NCBI RefSeq assembly: GCF_020745735.1
Contig: NC_083408.1
Location: 5,717,131-5,781,130 of the forward strand
Source of the DNA: Hemiscyllium ocellatum
Taxonomy: Eukaryota
Length of the DNA stretch: 64,000 bases
Direction: 5' to 3'
Shown here: positions 26,091 to 38,886 of the stretch, piece by piece
Numbering within the stretch: the stretch's first letter is position 1
Layout: every line of letters starts with the position of its first letter
Notes under the pieces: generated by a model
Seen by the model: the letters and a program-made list of their open reading frames with translations, nothing else
Databases searched by the model: none
What the model was told of the DNA's origin: nothing
Made by a program: the position numbers and the translations under genes

Positions 26091-26998
26091 TTAATGAGGG
26101 AATTTGATTGACTGATTAATTTGGGTAACGGGATATTTCAGCAGATTTTTCAGCTGCTGTCTGAACTTAGACTGGGTCACGGCATAAATCACAGTGTTAG
26201 TGCAGCAACTGAGCAGCTGCAGCATGAAGCCCAATTCCCGCACAAAGGGATCAAGATACACAGACGTATACACAATATTCCACATATGTCTCCAAACAGT
26301 ATATACCATTGACGTTGACCATAGCAGAATGAAATTAGCTGAGATCACAAACAGTAAAATGATGGATTTTTGTCGATTTCTCATTTCTGTGTCAGACTGA
26401 GCGTCTCCATTAGTGTGAGCCCGCAGTTTCTTGCGGACTCTGCTGGTCATTAAAATGTGTTTGACTGTGGAAACATTGAGCAGCAGAATCAGGAGAAATG
26501 GGAGAACCGGGTTTATAATGTGGTGGAGGAACTCGATTGTGACCCAGACACGGGAATAGTAAACTTGATCTGTTCCCTCACAAAACCAGGGCTCAATCAC
26601 CAGCGAATACCAAGGTGTGAGCATAAAATACCAGAAAATGTTCTTCAGCCAACTCAGCACAGCCACTGTTCCCAGAACCACAGTCGCCATTTTCTCAATG
26701 CAATATTTACTTTTCAGCTTCTGGCAACAAATGGCCACAAACCGATCAAAGGTGAAAGTGACGGTAAACCAGACAGAACAGTCAGTGGCTGCATAAAGCA
26801 GGACTGCGTGAATATTGCATACGTCAATGTCCCACAGGAAATAAAACTGTTCCCGATAAACAATGGGAATGTGTCTCATTGTCAAGTCAAGGATAATGAC
26901 ATGTAGATCCGCGACTGCCATCGACCACAGGTAGCGTCTGATACATGGAGACAATCCACAATCTTTATAAAGCAGGACGTAGATGGTGACTACATTGG
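26091..26998 (-). CDS. Exon 2 (terminal coding exon) of a GPR139/GPR142-like class A orphan GPCR
   Basis: Open frame with TM1-end to TM7: ANVVTIYVLL, MAVADL (TM2), C...TFTFDRFVAICC (TM3, DRY-equivalent), W (TM4), extracellular-loop C, PVLPFLLILLLN (TM5), FILLWST (TM6), SCCTNTVIY (TM7), helix-8 FRQQL. Acceptor TTTGTTTCTTTCCTCATAG ends at 26999. The frame extends 14 codons upstream of the ORF-track start at 26954. Confidence 0.93.
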
Positions 26999-29694
26999 CT
27001 ATGAGGAAAGAAACAAAGCATACATCAACCTGGAGATAAAGTGATCAATGTCATGAGAGCCGAGTGGCTTTTTCCAATGTGTCACTGTATTAAGAGAATT
27101 ATTGATGTAATTGAAACTGAAATAACATATGGGAAGTCTGAATTACTTGAAAAATATGATGTAAACCACAAGAAACCCTCCTTCACTATACATCAATACA
27201 CACACAGCCAGAACAACAAATAGTTTCTAGTTAATTTCCACACATGATAGGAAATATGGAGGCTATAGTCAAGAAATAAAAGGAGGCGTAAGTCAGATAT
27301 AGGCAGCTGGAATCAAGTGAATGTCTTTCGGAGCATAGAGGGTTTAGGAGGGATCTGTGGAGGCCAAACAGACGCATGCGATAGCTTTCGCAAATACAGT
27401 TCAACACGATTGAAAGAGATTGCACAAGAAAATTAAGGGTAAAAGAGAAACTGGGGAGAGTATAGGACTTCTTAAAAATCAAACAGTCATCGATGTGTGG
27501 AACCATTGAAGGTGAATAACGTCCATTAGATGTATTGTCACATGTACTCACATGAGTACAGTGATAGGTTTACATATTGCCACATGTGATGCAATCTCAG
27601 GTACAAAGGTGATCTCGCTCTGACTACAGATTCTTGATGTAAAGCGGAAAAACAAAGAAAACAAAGTTAAAATATAAAACATTACAGTCATTCTTGCAAA
27701 TCTGGAAAATCACTGAAACACAGTTAAGAATTCAACAATATAGTCCATGAGAGCTTAGCCATGCTGGGTTCACACTCCTCACAAGAATTTCACCTCAACC
27801 ACTCTGCTGCCTTGCAAAGCTTTCCTGCTGTATGGGTGAGATCTTACATAAAGATATTGCGTATATATTTATTGCATTGATACAATGTTTCAATGTCTTG
27901 GATCTCTCTCTCTTTCCATCTTGATGCAGCTTCTCTGATTTTCAAACTGCCTTCATTTTTACATCCCCAGCATCAGATTGTCTCATTGGGTAGTGTTGGC
28001 AAAGCAATAAAACTGAAGTCAGTTGGGTTTTAATAGACCGGAGCATAATTTAAACTGATTGGCTAAATTCAAATTATTGCCAAAATAGAAGCCAACTCAG
28101 GTATCCATTTCACAGACAAATGTTACATGTTTTCAGTTTTCCAGTGCAATTAGACTGCCATGTGGTAATATGATACAGTTGCTTGTTAGCTCTCAGTGCT
28201 GAACAGCAATTACTCCCCCTCAGAGGTACAGTACACAACGTCAACTTCATGTTGGATTAATGCAGCAATCGTATTCAATGACAATGCATATTTTTCCCCA
28301 GCATAATCCCTCACTCTATCATTATCAACAGGCCAACATGTTGTTCAGTGACAAGTATGGGTGAAGATGGCAGTGTCAGAACGATGCCCACCTAAAACCG
28401 TTAAACTTAACACACTTGACTGTTTACGTTCCAAACAGCAGAACTAACATCTGATAGAGGAGAGCGAAATGATCCCAAGAAGAGCAGACCAAAAATTCTG
28501 ACACATTCTGTAATAAATAGTGATGGACGATTAAATAAACCATGTATTTTACACGTCATTGATGATGGAAAAGCCTTGCATGTCAGTGCAAAGGTTAAGG
28601 AAGTATATCTGCACCGTCCTCTGGCGAAAGTGTTGAGTGAATGATTCACCTCACCATTGTCACGATGCCCACAGATGAAACTCTTTAACCAATTCAATTC
28701 ATGGCCAGTGACATGAAGAAAAACCTGTATATAGTGGATTCGACGAAGGCGATTGACTGACTCGGTTGCCACTGACTCAGTCTCATCAACATAGTTAAAT
28801 CATTGACAGACCTGTCAAGCAGCGCAGCAATAACCTGCGATATGCTGCATCCAACAGGTCCCTATTTGGCGATGGCGCTGTTTTTGAAAGGTCACCAAAT
28901 TATCAGTCCAAGCTAATAGTCTGACAGCTGGTGCAAGGTAAAACCAATTCATATAGGATCGAAGTCTAAAGTCTTGGTATCAGTAATAATGACATCAAAG
29001 CTAATGGCGAAGGTAAACACGAACTTATTTCACCGATGCACTTTCAGAAATTTAATCTCCAGTGCTTTCCTGGTCTGGCTGAAAAGTGACTCCAGACATG
29101 GAGACATGTGACAAACTCATCGATGATGTCTTAAACGGTCAAAAAACACTCAAATTTATCATAGTTTTCGAGTTCTTAAAAAATATAATTGGACAGAACA
29201 CATGGCATGAGCCTCAGAATCGGAAAAGGGAATGGGAAGCACAGACTGGTGTACCCGACAGGGACTTCATACCTAAAAACTGAGAGCTTATGCCTGCACT
29301 TACAGGGGTTTCAAACCGAGTGCACAGAAGCGTCGTTGAAGGAATAGTCCAATCAATACATTGAGACTCCAATAATGGCCGAAAGTCTCCACAATGCAAT
29401 TTTTCCACAGTGTGTACATATCCCTTGATGTGAATGAACGTTGGAAACTGTAAAACAGTAACTGCGGTAATCCCTTCGGTCCATTCATCTTTTTCCGCAA
29501 TTTTATATAATGAATCTTTGTCTCTGCATCATACACCTCTTCTCTCCTCATCCGTTTCGTGTCTAGAAATTCTTATTCATATTCGTGCCTTCGATTACAC
29601 AGCTTATCTGGTAGAAGATTCCCAGTTTCACCAGACGCTGAGAGCAGGCATTAATTCGTATCTCAATGCAGAGTGGTCTGGTTGTAACTCATCT

Positions 29695-30329
29695 AGGAGA
29701 AAGTGAGGTCTGCAGATGCTGGAGATCAGAGCTGAAAATGTGTTGCTGGAAAAGCGCAGCAGGTCAGGCAGCATCCAAGGAACAGGAGATTCGACGTTTC
29801 GGGTAGAAGCTCTTTTTCAGGAATGAGGAAAGTGTGTTCAGCAGGCTAAGATAAAAGGTAGGGAGGACAGACTTGGAGGAGGGGCGATGGAGATATGATA
29901 GGTGGAAGGACGTCAAGGTGAAGGTGATAGGCCGGAGTGGGGTGGGGGCGGAGAGGTCAGGAAGAAGATTGCAGGTTAGGAAGGCGGCGCTGAGTTCGAG
30001 GGATTTGACTGAGACAAGGTGGGGAGAGGGAAAATGAGGCAACTGGAGAAATTTGAGTTCATCCCTTGTGGTTGGAGGTTTCCTAGGCGGAAGATGAAGC
30101 GCTCTTCCTCCAACCGTCATTTCATTATGATCTGGTGATGGAGGAGTCCAAGGACCTGCTTGTCCTTGTAGGAGTGGGAGGGGGAGTTAAAATATTGAGC
30201 CACGGGGTGGTTGGGTTGGTTGGTCCGGGCGTCCCAGAGGTGTTCTCTGAAACGTGCCGTAAATAGGCGGCCTGTCTCCCCAATATAGAGGAGGCCACAT
30301 CGGGTGCAGCGGATGCAATAGATGGTGTG
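29695..30329 (-). mobile_element. 5'-truncated Penelope-like element: GIY-YIG endonuclease plus 3' terminus with hammerhead remnant
   Basis: My minus-strand translation: IYCIRCTRCGLLYIGETGRLFTARFREHL...HPVAQYFNSPSH...*RLEEERFIFRLGNLQPQGMN (GIY-YIG, one stop). TSD TGTAACTCAT at 29683-29692 and 30330-30339. Confidence 0.88.
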
Positions 30330-30984
30330 TGTAACTCATGTTGTGGACTTTTGCTTGAAGTGTCCCAGCGAGAGGAAATGTCGACCCTTTTTTCCAATCT
30401 GTCTCGGAATTTTAGTATTTTATACATTGCACTTAGACATTAATTTATTTTCCTAAACAACATGGCATAAAGGCCCATTCGACAGAAATTGTGCTCACAC
30501 AACAAGCCTAAAATCCCAGAGATCAGTCACGTCACCCTTCACTCCAATTCCAAAATGTCAGATTTGTTCTTTATGACTAACGAGACCAATACTGTACACA
30601 AAACTGCACGATGCACGAGATTCGGTCTCTTCAAGGACATGTACAGATGCAGTAAGACATCCTTACTGCTGGACTCCAATCACTGTGAAATGAAGATCAG
30701 CATACCATTTATCTTTCTATTTGGTGCCGGTTCCTGCAATGTTGCTTTCAGTTACTGTTGTATGTTGGGATCCAGATCATTTTTAATTTTGCAGCTACCC
30801 ACTTGGTGGGGTCTATCTACAATGTCATTGTCAACGTTGATGTCTGGTTTCAGGACTCACGGCCTTCCGTGCACCACGGAGGTCTGCAAGGAAGGAAACA
30901 AACCTACATTCCTTTAATTTTACTTTCATTCATGTGCACACCCAAGTGTTGGTTAAATGTCCCTAATTTATCTGATTCTGCATT

Positions 30985-33900
30985 ATGCACGCCCACCACT
31001 CTGTGGTAAAGGATAAACATCTTCATATCCGCTAAACCTTCCTCAAGTCACATCAAAATATGTGTCACTGGTGATAGCCAAATTCTCCGAGGAAAGCGTT
31101 TCTGAGTATTCGCTGTATATAGTACCCTCATCATCTATTACACTTCTATCAACTCACCTCTCATCCATCCTCGCTCCAATGAGAAAAGCCTTAGCTGCCT
31201 CAAGCTTTCTTCATGCAACATGCCCTTCAGTCCAGTGAGCATTTTAGCAATTCACCTCTGAACCCTCTCTGAAGCCCCCCTCACAACCAAAACTGAATCG
31301 AGTATTCCAAATGTGATCTGACGAGGGCTTTATAGAGCTGAAGCAGCACCTCGTGGGCTTTTAAAGTCAAACTCCCTGTTCATGAAAGCCAGCACGTCAT
31401 GCAACTTCTTTACAACCCTATTAACATGGGTCACAACTTTGAGGAATCCATTGATGCTTCTATTCCGACGCATTTCCAATAAACCTTTCGTTCCCCTTTT
31501 ATGAAATCAGATTCGACTGTATAAAATGAATGTCTTTGCTCCTTTCCATGTTGAATTCCACCGATTACTTCGCAGCCCACTTCTGCATCCTGCAATGTCC
31601 TGTTGCAAACTGCAACAGCCTTACACTCTATGCACCACGACTCGTACATTAATTTTATTGTAAAGCTTAAGAACCTACGATTCCATTTCCTCATGCATGT
31701 CATTTAAATATTAATCATAAAGAACAAAGGTCCCAGAGAAAAATAACGATGGAACACCACTGGCCAATGTGCTGCAGGTTCAGTAAATTCCATCTACTAC
31801 CACCCATCTCTCGGCATGCAACTTTCCCTGTGCCTCATGCCTCTTTCGTTTGTGAGTGAGTGGACTGTGGGGACCCTTATCAAACGCCCTGCTAAAATTC
31901 TTGTGCACCACATCCACTGATCCATCTTCATTAACATGGTTGCCACATTTTCAGACAATTCAATACGTCTTATGAGGCATTACTTGAATCTAACAAAGCC
32001 ATACTGACCATCCGTAATCGTTTTACAAGTAATCATACATCCTGTCTATCAGAATGCTTTCCAATAACTTTCCTGGAACAGACAGAAGACTGAATAGTCT
32101 GTAATTCCCAGAGTTTGGTAAATTGTCCAATGTGCAATACCCCAATAGAAATATCTGCTACACTCCAACCATATGGGTCTTCTCCAATAGACAATTATTA
32201 TGCAAAGATTAGAGTCGAGAATGTGGTGCTGGAAAGTACAGTAGGTTGTGCAGCATCCGAGGAGGAGAATAATTGACTTTTGAGGCATGAGATCTTCATC
32301 ACGCATAAGGTCTCATTCCTAATGAAGGGCTCATGCACGAAACGTCGATTCTCATGCTGCCCGGATGCTGCCTGACCTGCTGTACTTTTGCAGCACCACA
32401 CTCGTGATTCTGATCTCCAGCATCTGGAGGTCTCACTTTCTCCAGGATGCAATGATCAGCCAAATGCACAGCAACATATTTCCTTGCTTCCCGTAGTAAA
32501 TTTGAGTATATCCGGTGTGGGATAGCTAACTTATCTCCTCTAATCCTTTTTTCTTTCAAAGTTTGCAGCGCATCTTCCATCTTAACATCAAGCTGTTCGA
32601 GCGTAATCAGTCATTTTCCTGCTGTACTCAGAACTGACCATATTCCCCTCAGTAGGGCATACTGATGTAAACAATTCATTCAGGAACCTCCCCAGATTCC
32701 TACCACAAGTTTCCACCGCTATCCCTGAACGGCCCGACACTCACTTTGTCCATCCTTTTGCTCCTTACGTAAATGTAGAAGAATTCTGCCCAACCCGAGC
32801 CAATCAAACTTTTTCATGCTGCCTTCTAGCTCTCCTCAGTCCATTTTCAGTATCTTCCTGGATACCTTGTAACCCTGGACAGACCTGCCCATTTATTCAC
32901 TCCTCCAACTTCAGTAAAGTTCCTTGTTCCTCTTGACTAGATGTCCCTCATCTCCTGTCCAACAAGGTTCCTTCAAACTGCCATCCCTTCTTTGCTTCAG
33001 TGGGACATTCCTCTCATTTCTGTTATGCATTTTCCTGAATACATCTGTTCGCAGTTTAGGCGCCACGTACTTGCTCAATAGCATTGCAATACCCCCACCA
33101 CAATTAAATACTGTCGCATGCGTTCTGCTCCTATCGCAATCACCGAAATTCTCTCTCACTGAGATGTCCTGTCTCTTCGCCAAGCATCAAATACAGTATT
33201 GATTCCACTCTTGTCGTCTGATCTACATACTAAGTCAGGTTTCCTTCCTTGCAACCCAGACAAAAACTGCTCCAAACAATGCAATTAAATTATGGAGGCT
33301 CCAATCAATATAAAGCCAGTTGAAGTCACCCATGACAACAGCCTTATTACTTCTGCACATTTCCAAAATCTGCCTCCCAAGTTTCTCCTCCGCGTTTCTG
33401 TTGCTATTGTGAGGTCTATAGAAAAATCCAAAAACCAGACGGCTTCTTTCCTTTTGCTGAATTCATTCATACAGAGTCTATAGAGAAATTGTCATTTGCA
33501 ACTTCCCTTACTCAAACTGTGGTACTATCGCTGGTTAGGAATGTCACTCCGCCAACTTTTTTTACCTACCAGTTTTTCCTGTTGAAACATCTAAATCCTG
33601 GAGCATCTAGCAGGCATTCCTGCCATATAATATACCCGTGGTGATGGCTGCAACATAACAGTTCCAAATATAGTTCCATTCTGTAAGTCCATCACCCTTG
33701 TTCCTGACACTTTTGGCGTGAAATTCTCTGCATGCTGTATTTGGTTGTTCACTTGCTACTGCATCCTCAGATCCATATCTTCGATTCCCTCCCCTACGCC
33801 AAACTGATTTTAACTTTCCCAAAGGTCTCTAGCAAACCTCCTGCCCAGGATATTATTGCCCCTCCAGTTCAGGTGCAAACTTTCCTTCTTGTATAGGTAC

Positions 33901-34200
33901 CCCTTTCCTGAGACTTATCCCAATGATCCACACGCCTGAAGTCCTCCCTTGTGCGCCATCCCGAGTAGTCACGTCTTCATTTTCACTCTCACTCTATTCC
34001 TAACATCAGTAGCCCGTGAAACGGGTAGCAATCTTGAGATTACTAGACTAACTGTCCTGCCTTTTTACTTTCAAACTAACTCCTAAGAATCACTTTTCAG
34101 GTCTTCATTGCCTTTTCCACCTGTGCTATTGATATGTGCCAAGATTTCTGGCTGATCTACTTCTCCCATAAAACGGAGAATAATCATCTTCAGAGGTGAA
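30985..34200 (-). mobile_element. Degenerate CR1 LINE (ORF1 esterase end through ORF2), intronic
   Basis: Minus-strand LHLNWRGNNILG near 33850-33880, AKSVRNKGDGL...YVAAIT (endonuclease start), and RT remnants toward 31000. Confidence 0.75.
32213..32446. mobile_element. Palindromic Penelope-terminus-derived insertion, mutated hammerhead cores
   Basis: Imperfect TSD ATGCAAAGATTAG / ATGCAATGATCAG (32200-32212, 32447-32459). Inverted arms. Plus-strand core reads CTAATGA at 32319. Confidence 0.75.
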
Positions 34201-34219
34201 TAAAAAACTTCTGGGATTG

Positions 34220-35450
34220 CTGACAAATTGTTAAATCCATCATTAAGGAATTCATCACTTCTTAACATGCGCAAAGATTCGCAAAGTCAGACCACACCCC
34301 ATGGGGGTCAGCTTGGTTTTATAAAGGAGGAATCATGGTTGATTTATTTGCTTGGCTTCTTTAAATATGTGACAATTGAGGTGGATAATGAGGATTCTAG
34401 AGATTTATTAAATGTAGATCTACGAAGTGCGTTTAATAAGGTGCTGCATAAAAGAGTAATCAATTAAATAAGAGCCTTTGCGGCTACGACTAATTCGTAT
34501 GCTTGGACCGAGATTTGGCGAATCAACAAAATGTATTGATATTGAATAAGGATGTCGAGTTTACTGGATGGCAATTTTGTGTTCAAAGAGTTTAGGCCAT
34601 TTCAATTTGTAATCTATTTCATTACGTAGGAGGGGACAGAAGATACGACAGACAAATGTTCATATCAAATGAATTCAAGTGCAAAGGAAGTTTGCACTGA
34701 TGATTTGACACATTTTACAAAATGGATATTGATTGGTGACGTAATTCTGGCAACATTTGGCAGTGAAATTTAACGTGGATAAATATGTAGATATTCATTT
34801 TTTTCAGTCGAATATAAAGGCAACCTATTGCCTGAATGGAGCAAAAATTCAGAATGCAGGTAGAGCAGATGAGACAGTCAATTGAATTTTCAGCGCTTAT
34901 TTACGAAAGAATAGAGGAGAAAGGGAAGACAGTGTTGCTGCAAATACGAAAGACATTAGTGAGATTGTAAAAGGAGTACTATGAACGGCTTTTGATGAGA
35001 GATGCAGTTGCATCCATGCAGTTCATAAATGATTCACTCGATTGATTCCAGCGATGAGCTTTTTCAAACGAAGAGAGATTGAGGAATTCAGGCTTTACTC
35101 TCTACAGTTTAGAAGAACGAGAGGCGATGTCGATGAACTGTGAAAGATGCTAAAGGGAATTGACAATGTAGGTATGGTTCTGGATATTTCCTGATGTGCT
35201 TCCAATCAAAAAAAAGATCAGAATTTAGGGGTAGGCGGAGCAAAGGTGAGGAGAACTTGCTACTCTGAAAGGGTTGTGACTTTGTGTAAGTCACTATCCC
35301 AGAATGCAGTGGGTTTGGGAGATGGAAGAAATTTAGTGTTATTGAGAGTAAAGTGGAACCGTGGCGAAGATGACATCATCCATAGTGATATTAAATTGCA
35401 GAGGATGCTCAAGCAGCTGAATTACCGACTGATCTCGCCGTTAGTAATCA
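34220..35450 (+). mobile_element. Old CR1 RT fragment
   Basis: QLGFIKEESWLIYLLGFF...DLRSAFNKVLHKR; later YSERVVTLCKSLSQ. Confidence 0.65.
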
Positions 35451-35619
35451 GCCTTTCGAATGTGATGTACAGGAATGGGGGGTGGGGGTCGTCTTGTTAT
35501 TAACACAAAGCTGGAATTCTGGATACTTATTTTTTAATCAGTCTCAAAGGAGTTAATCAGGAAAGAAATTGGAAGGCCACTGCCTCGGGGTATTATCACC
35601 TGACTGCTAAATCAGCGGG

Positions 35620-35890
35620 CAGTGAATGGTTGACTGGTGTTCTCACTGGACTGTTAATGCAAGCACGCAAATAACGTTCTACGGATCCGGGTCCGAATCC
35701 CGCTGTGGCAAATAACGTGATTTCAATTCAGCAATATCAAAAGTGAAGTGTCTAATGATGACCGTGAATCCATTGTTGGAAAACCCCATCTAACTCACTG
35801 ATGTCCTGAAGGGAGGAAACTTTCATGTTTACATGTGACTTCAGACTCTCAGAAAGATGTCTGAGTCTTAACTGCCCTCCTGACAATGAA
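35620..35890 (+). mobile_element. tRNA-derived Deu-SINE/SacSINE-like element
   Basis: B-box-like GGGTCCGAATCCCGC, then AAAACCCCATCT..CTCACTGATGTCC...GGGAGGAAAC...TACATGTGACTTCAGAC...CTTAACTGCCCTC. Confidence 0.55.
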
Positions 35891-37665
35891 TGTTGAATGA
35901 ATGAATTTAAACAGAAACAGTGGAGTCACACAGTGACAATTTATGGGTCTTCAACTAGGTACAATTGTAATAATGAATTGGATGAATGGAAGAACTATTC
36001 TGTTGTAAATATGGCGATGGCATATGGTGGAGATTCTGCAAAGAGGTACAGATGGGTAAAGTCAATGGATAATAGTTTGAAAGGTACAATACGACGTGAA
36101 AAGTAATTTTTTTTTCGGAAAGAATGGGAGGTACTCAGCTTCTCAAGTGGAAAGAGATTATGAGACTTATTGTTAAGTTGTGTAATGGAAGATTCACGGT
36201 GAACCATTCAGACATGGGATGTGTTTACCCATCCCTATCACTGTCTGCTTCCTGATGTTCCCAGTAGCCACCTTGCTTTGAGGTTAGACGGAATACTTTG
36301 GTGTGGTTGGTTGGTAGTGGGGAGTTAGGAGGTAGGGTGTTTTTAAACGTGCTTCAAGCTTTTATCCGAGAGGCCATCCTTTCATTCTACACGGAGAACC
36401 AAAGTCTATGGGAATGACTGATTGTTTCTGCATGAACCGGCTGTGTCTACTGGCAAGAGAGTGGGCATTCACAATGCGTACTGTGTATTGTAAAAATGCA
36501 GCATTAATGGAATGAGTATTCATTCATTTCCTCTACATCTTATATGTAGGTTTGCTTGTCAGAATCTCGACCTGAGCTACAAATCTCTCAACACACACTT
36601 CATCTGCCTGTTCCCATTGACATGGAGACCCCGCATATTCATCGACACCAACGAGAATCTCCATATTCTGGGAAAACAAGGATGCACTCCATCGCCCACT
36701 GCAGAGGGAGAAAACATTCACCTCATCCACCATATACCGTGTGTATATCTTCCGTCGCCAAATGGAGACATAGATGCTGACATTCTAGATATGTCACCAA
36801 CTCATACTGGCAAGTTTTAGATCAGAGAAGCTGATTGAAAATAGTGGAGGAAGCACCATCAAGTTACACTGGAAATTCTGCCCTATCTCACTGATCAGAC
36901 GATTACCTGCGAGGGACAAATACAGACGTTCATGAGGCAGACACAGACAAGTCTCCTAGATGCCTGTCAAAGCTGGTGAACTCTCCTCTACCCCAGTCCA
37001 ACATCCAGCACCACATGAGACACACAACATTTGATTGCACCTGAATATCACGATGCAAGCACTCGATGCTCTACAGAGCAAAACCCAAAACCAAGGAAAG
37101 GCACAGGGGGGCAGTGAAATACATATTAAAGATAGAACAGACAGCTATTTAATTGAAAACGCATTGTGGAAACATGGCAAAGTAGAGAGGGTAGTGGGAA
37201 TAACTACAGCAGTGAGACCTTGGAACATGTCATCACAAAAATAGAACATTGCATAAAGGTATTGGCAGATTAGATGAAATGGTTCGTTACATCAAATTCC
37301 AAATATATATCGCAGAACTAGTCCAGACACCATAAATTGGGGTAAGTAAACAGCCCAGAATGGAGAACTGTGCAGACTGTACTCGTGCATTGTTCAGTAA
37401 ACGGGACTACCTGACCAACATTTGCAGTATTGAAAACCTTTGCCAGAAAATTGGCGTTTTACTAACACAGGGAAACTGCCCGGCATGGGAAATTTGAAAG
37501 TCCTGCTGTGAGTGACAGTAAACGGAACTGCCAACCATAAATATCTCCGTTGCATCAGAACAAGGCTGTGTAAGTTTAGGACCAAAAGGCGATAAGAACT
37601 AGGTGTGAAACTAAGGTTATTTAGCCCATCGAGTCCAATGTGCAATTAAATAAAACCATTCACAG

Positions 37666-37819
37666 NNNNNNNNNNNNNNNNNNNNNNNNNNNNNNNNNNN
37701 NNNNNNNNNNNNNNNNNNNNNNNNNNNNNNNNNNNNNNNNNNNNNNNNNNNNNNNNNNNNNNNNNNNNNNNNNNNNNNNNNNNNNNNNNNNNNNNNNNNN
37801 NNNNNNNNNNNNNNNNNNN
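37666..37819. other. Assembly gap (154 N) inside the GPCR intron
   Basis: Run of N. Confidence 1.
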
Positions 37820-38604
37820 ATATTAACAACTGGCCGGAGTTTGGGCAATCGACAGATAGAGACTGATGGATGTTTCAGAGACAGATGTGTTGATGTACTT
37901 GAGAATATTAAGACAATTGCCAGATGCAATAACGATAGAGAGTAGTGTGCACAAGAATGCTCGACAGATGGATGGGTATTTAGTGTCAGTTCGGATACAG
38001 GCCATGAAGTATTCACTAGATTTGCTTCTACAGTTTCGAAGCTGGGAGTGCCAACAAACGAAAATTGCCATCAATAAGACTGTATTTCTTAGCTCAAGAT
38101 TGAAATAGAAGATCAGATGAGCCTACCTGTTATATTTCGGAGGTCTGAGTGTTTAAAATTAGAAATGGCCAGGGTATAGTGTTCGGAATCAGACCATGGC
38201 CAAAGGGATCAACATTGTTCTGAATCGTCTATTTCAGCCTCTTACATTTGCCAGGGATTGGACAGAGTCGGAGGAAGGAAATTGAGCTTTTAAGCAGAAC
38301 AGAAGGCAGTGACCTCTGCTGCGACTATTTAAATGACGATGGCAGTGATACAATAAATCACAGCTCACATCTGAAATTGAGCAGGTCATGTTAGAGACCC
38401 AAGAAGGACACTGCCCGAAGCAAGGGCAGAAAGTGTAAATGATCGAGTTCACTGATGAAGTTAGTGGTGGTTTATAGATTGAATATATGAATTCAAAGTC
38501 TCAGCCAGAGACATAATAACAGCAAGACGATTTGAATAAATGAGAACAGCAGTAATACATTTAAACGTGGTTTGTAAAAGTACTAAATGTAGTGAGACAC
38601 TTAC

Positions 38605-38782
38605 CAGGAAAACCAACAATAGCCAGGATTGGATAATAAAAATATTGAATAATGTAAAGTGCATATTCGATCCGAACCGACAATGGAAACCAAAAATATG
38701 TGGAAAGAAACCAAATATTCCAGGATAAACTCTTGTCCATTGTTGTAATATTCCAGTGTTTTGTTCTCAAATTCTGATCCAT
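38605..38782 (-). CDS. Exon 1 of the same GPCR (N-terminus and start of TM1); alternative in-frame ATGs at 38857 and 38740
   Basis: MDQNLRTKHWNITTMDKSLSWNIWF...RIEYALYIIQYFYYPILAIVGFP, then G|GTAAGT donor at 38604. The phase-1 join to 26998 gives GFP-A-NVVT, restoring the TM1 Gly/Asn motif. Spliced product is 361 aa from 38782 (386 aa from 38857). NIT sequon present. Confidence 0.85.
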
Positions 38783-38880
38783 TGTTCCAACACTCCAGTC
38801 TAATTTTCTCAAATTCTGACCGCTGCTTCCCCTTTCTCTGGATCTGCTGTTCCCCATTAGTGCTGTCAATGATGCTCCTG

Positions 38881-38886
38881 CTTATA
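38881..38886 (-). promoter_or_regulatory. Candidate TATA-like box (TATAAG) of the GPCR gene
   Basis: TATAAG about 100 nt upstream of the strong-context ATG at 38782; position-based inference only. Confidence 0.35.

Larger units (their letters stand above)
26999..38604 (-). other. 11.6-kb GT-AG intron of the GPCR gene
   Basis: Canonical GTAAGT donor and polypyrimidine-TAG acceptor, with matching phase and continuous TM1 across the join; filled with repeats. Confidence 0.82.

Noticed and set aside
26457-26906. 149-aa plus-strand ORF
   Set aside because: Antisense shadow of the GPCR exon.
37140-38220. Possible Gypsy integrase remnant (HGKVERVVG)
   Set aside because: Single short motif, spans an assembly gap, no LTRs identified.
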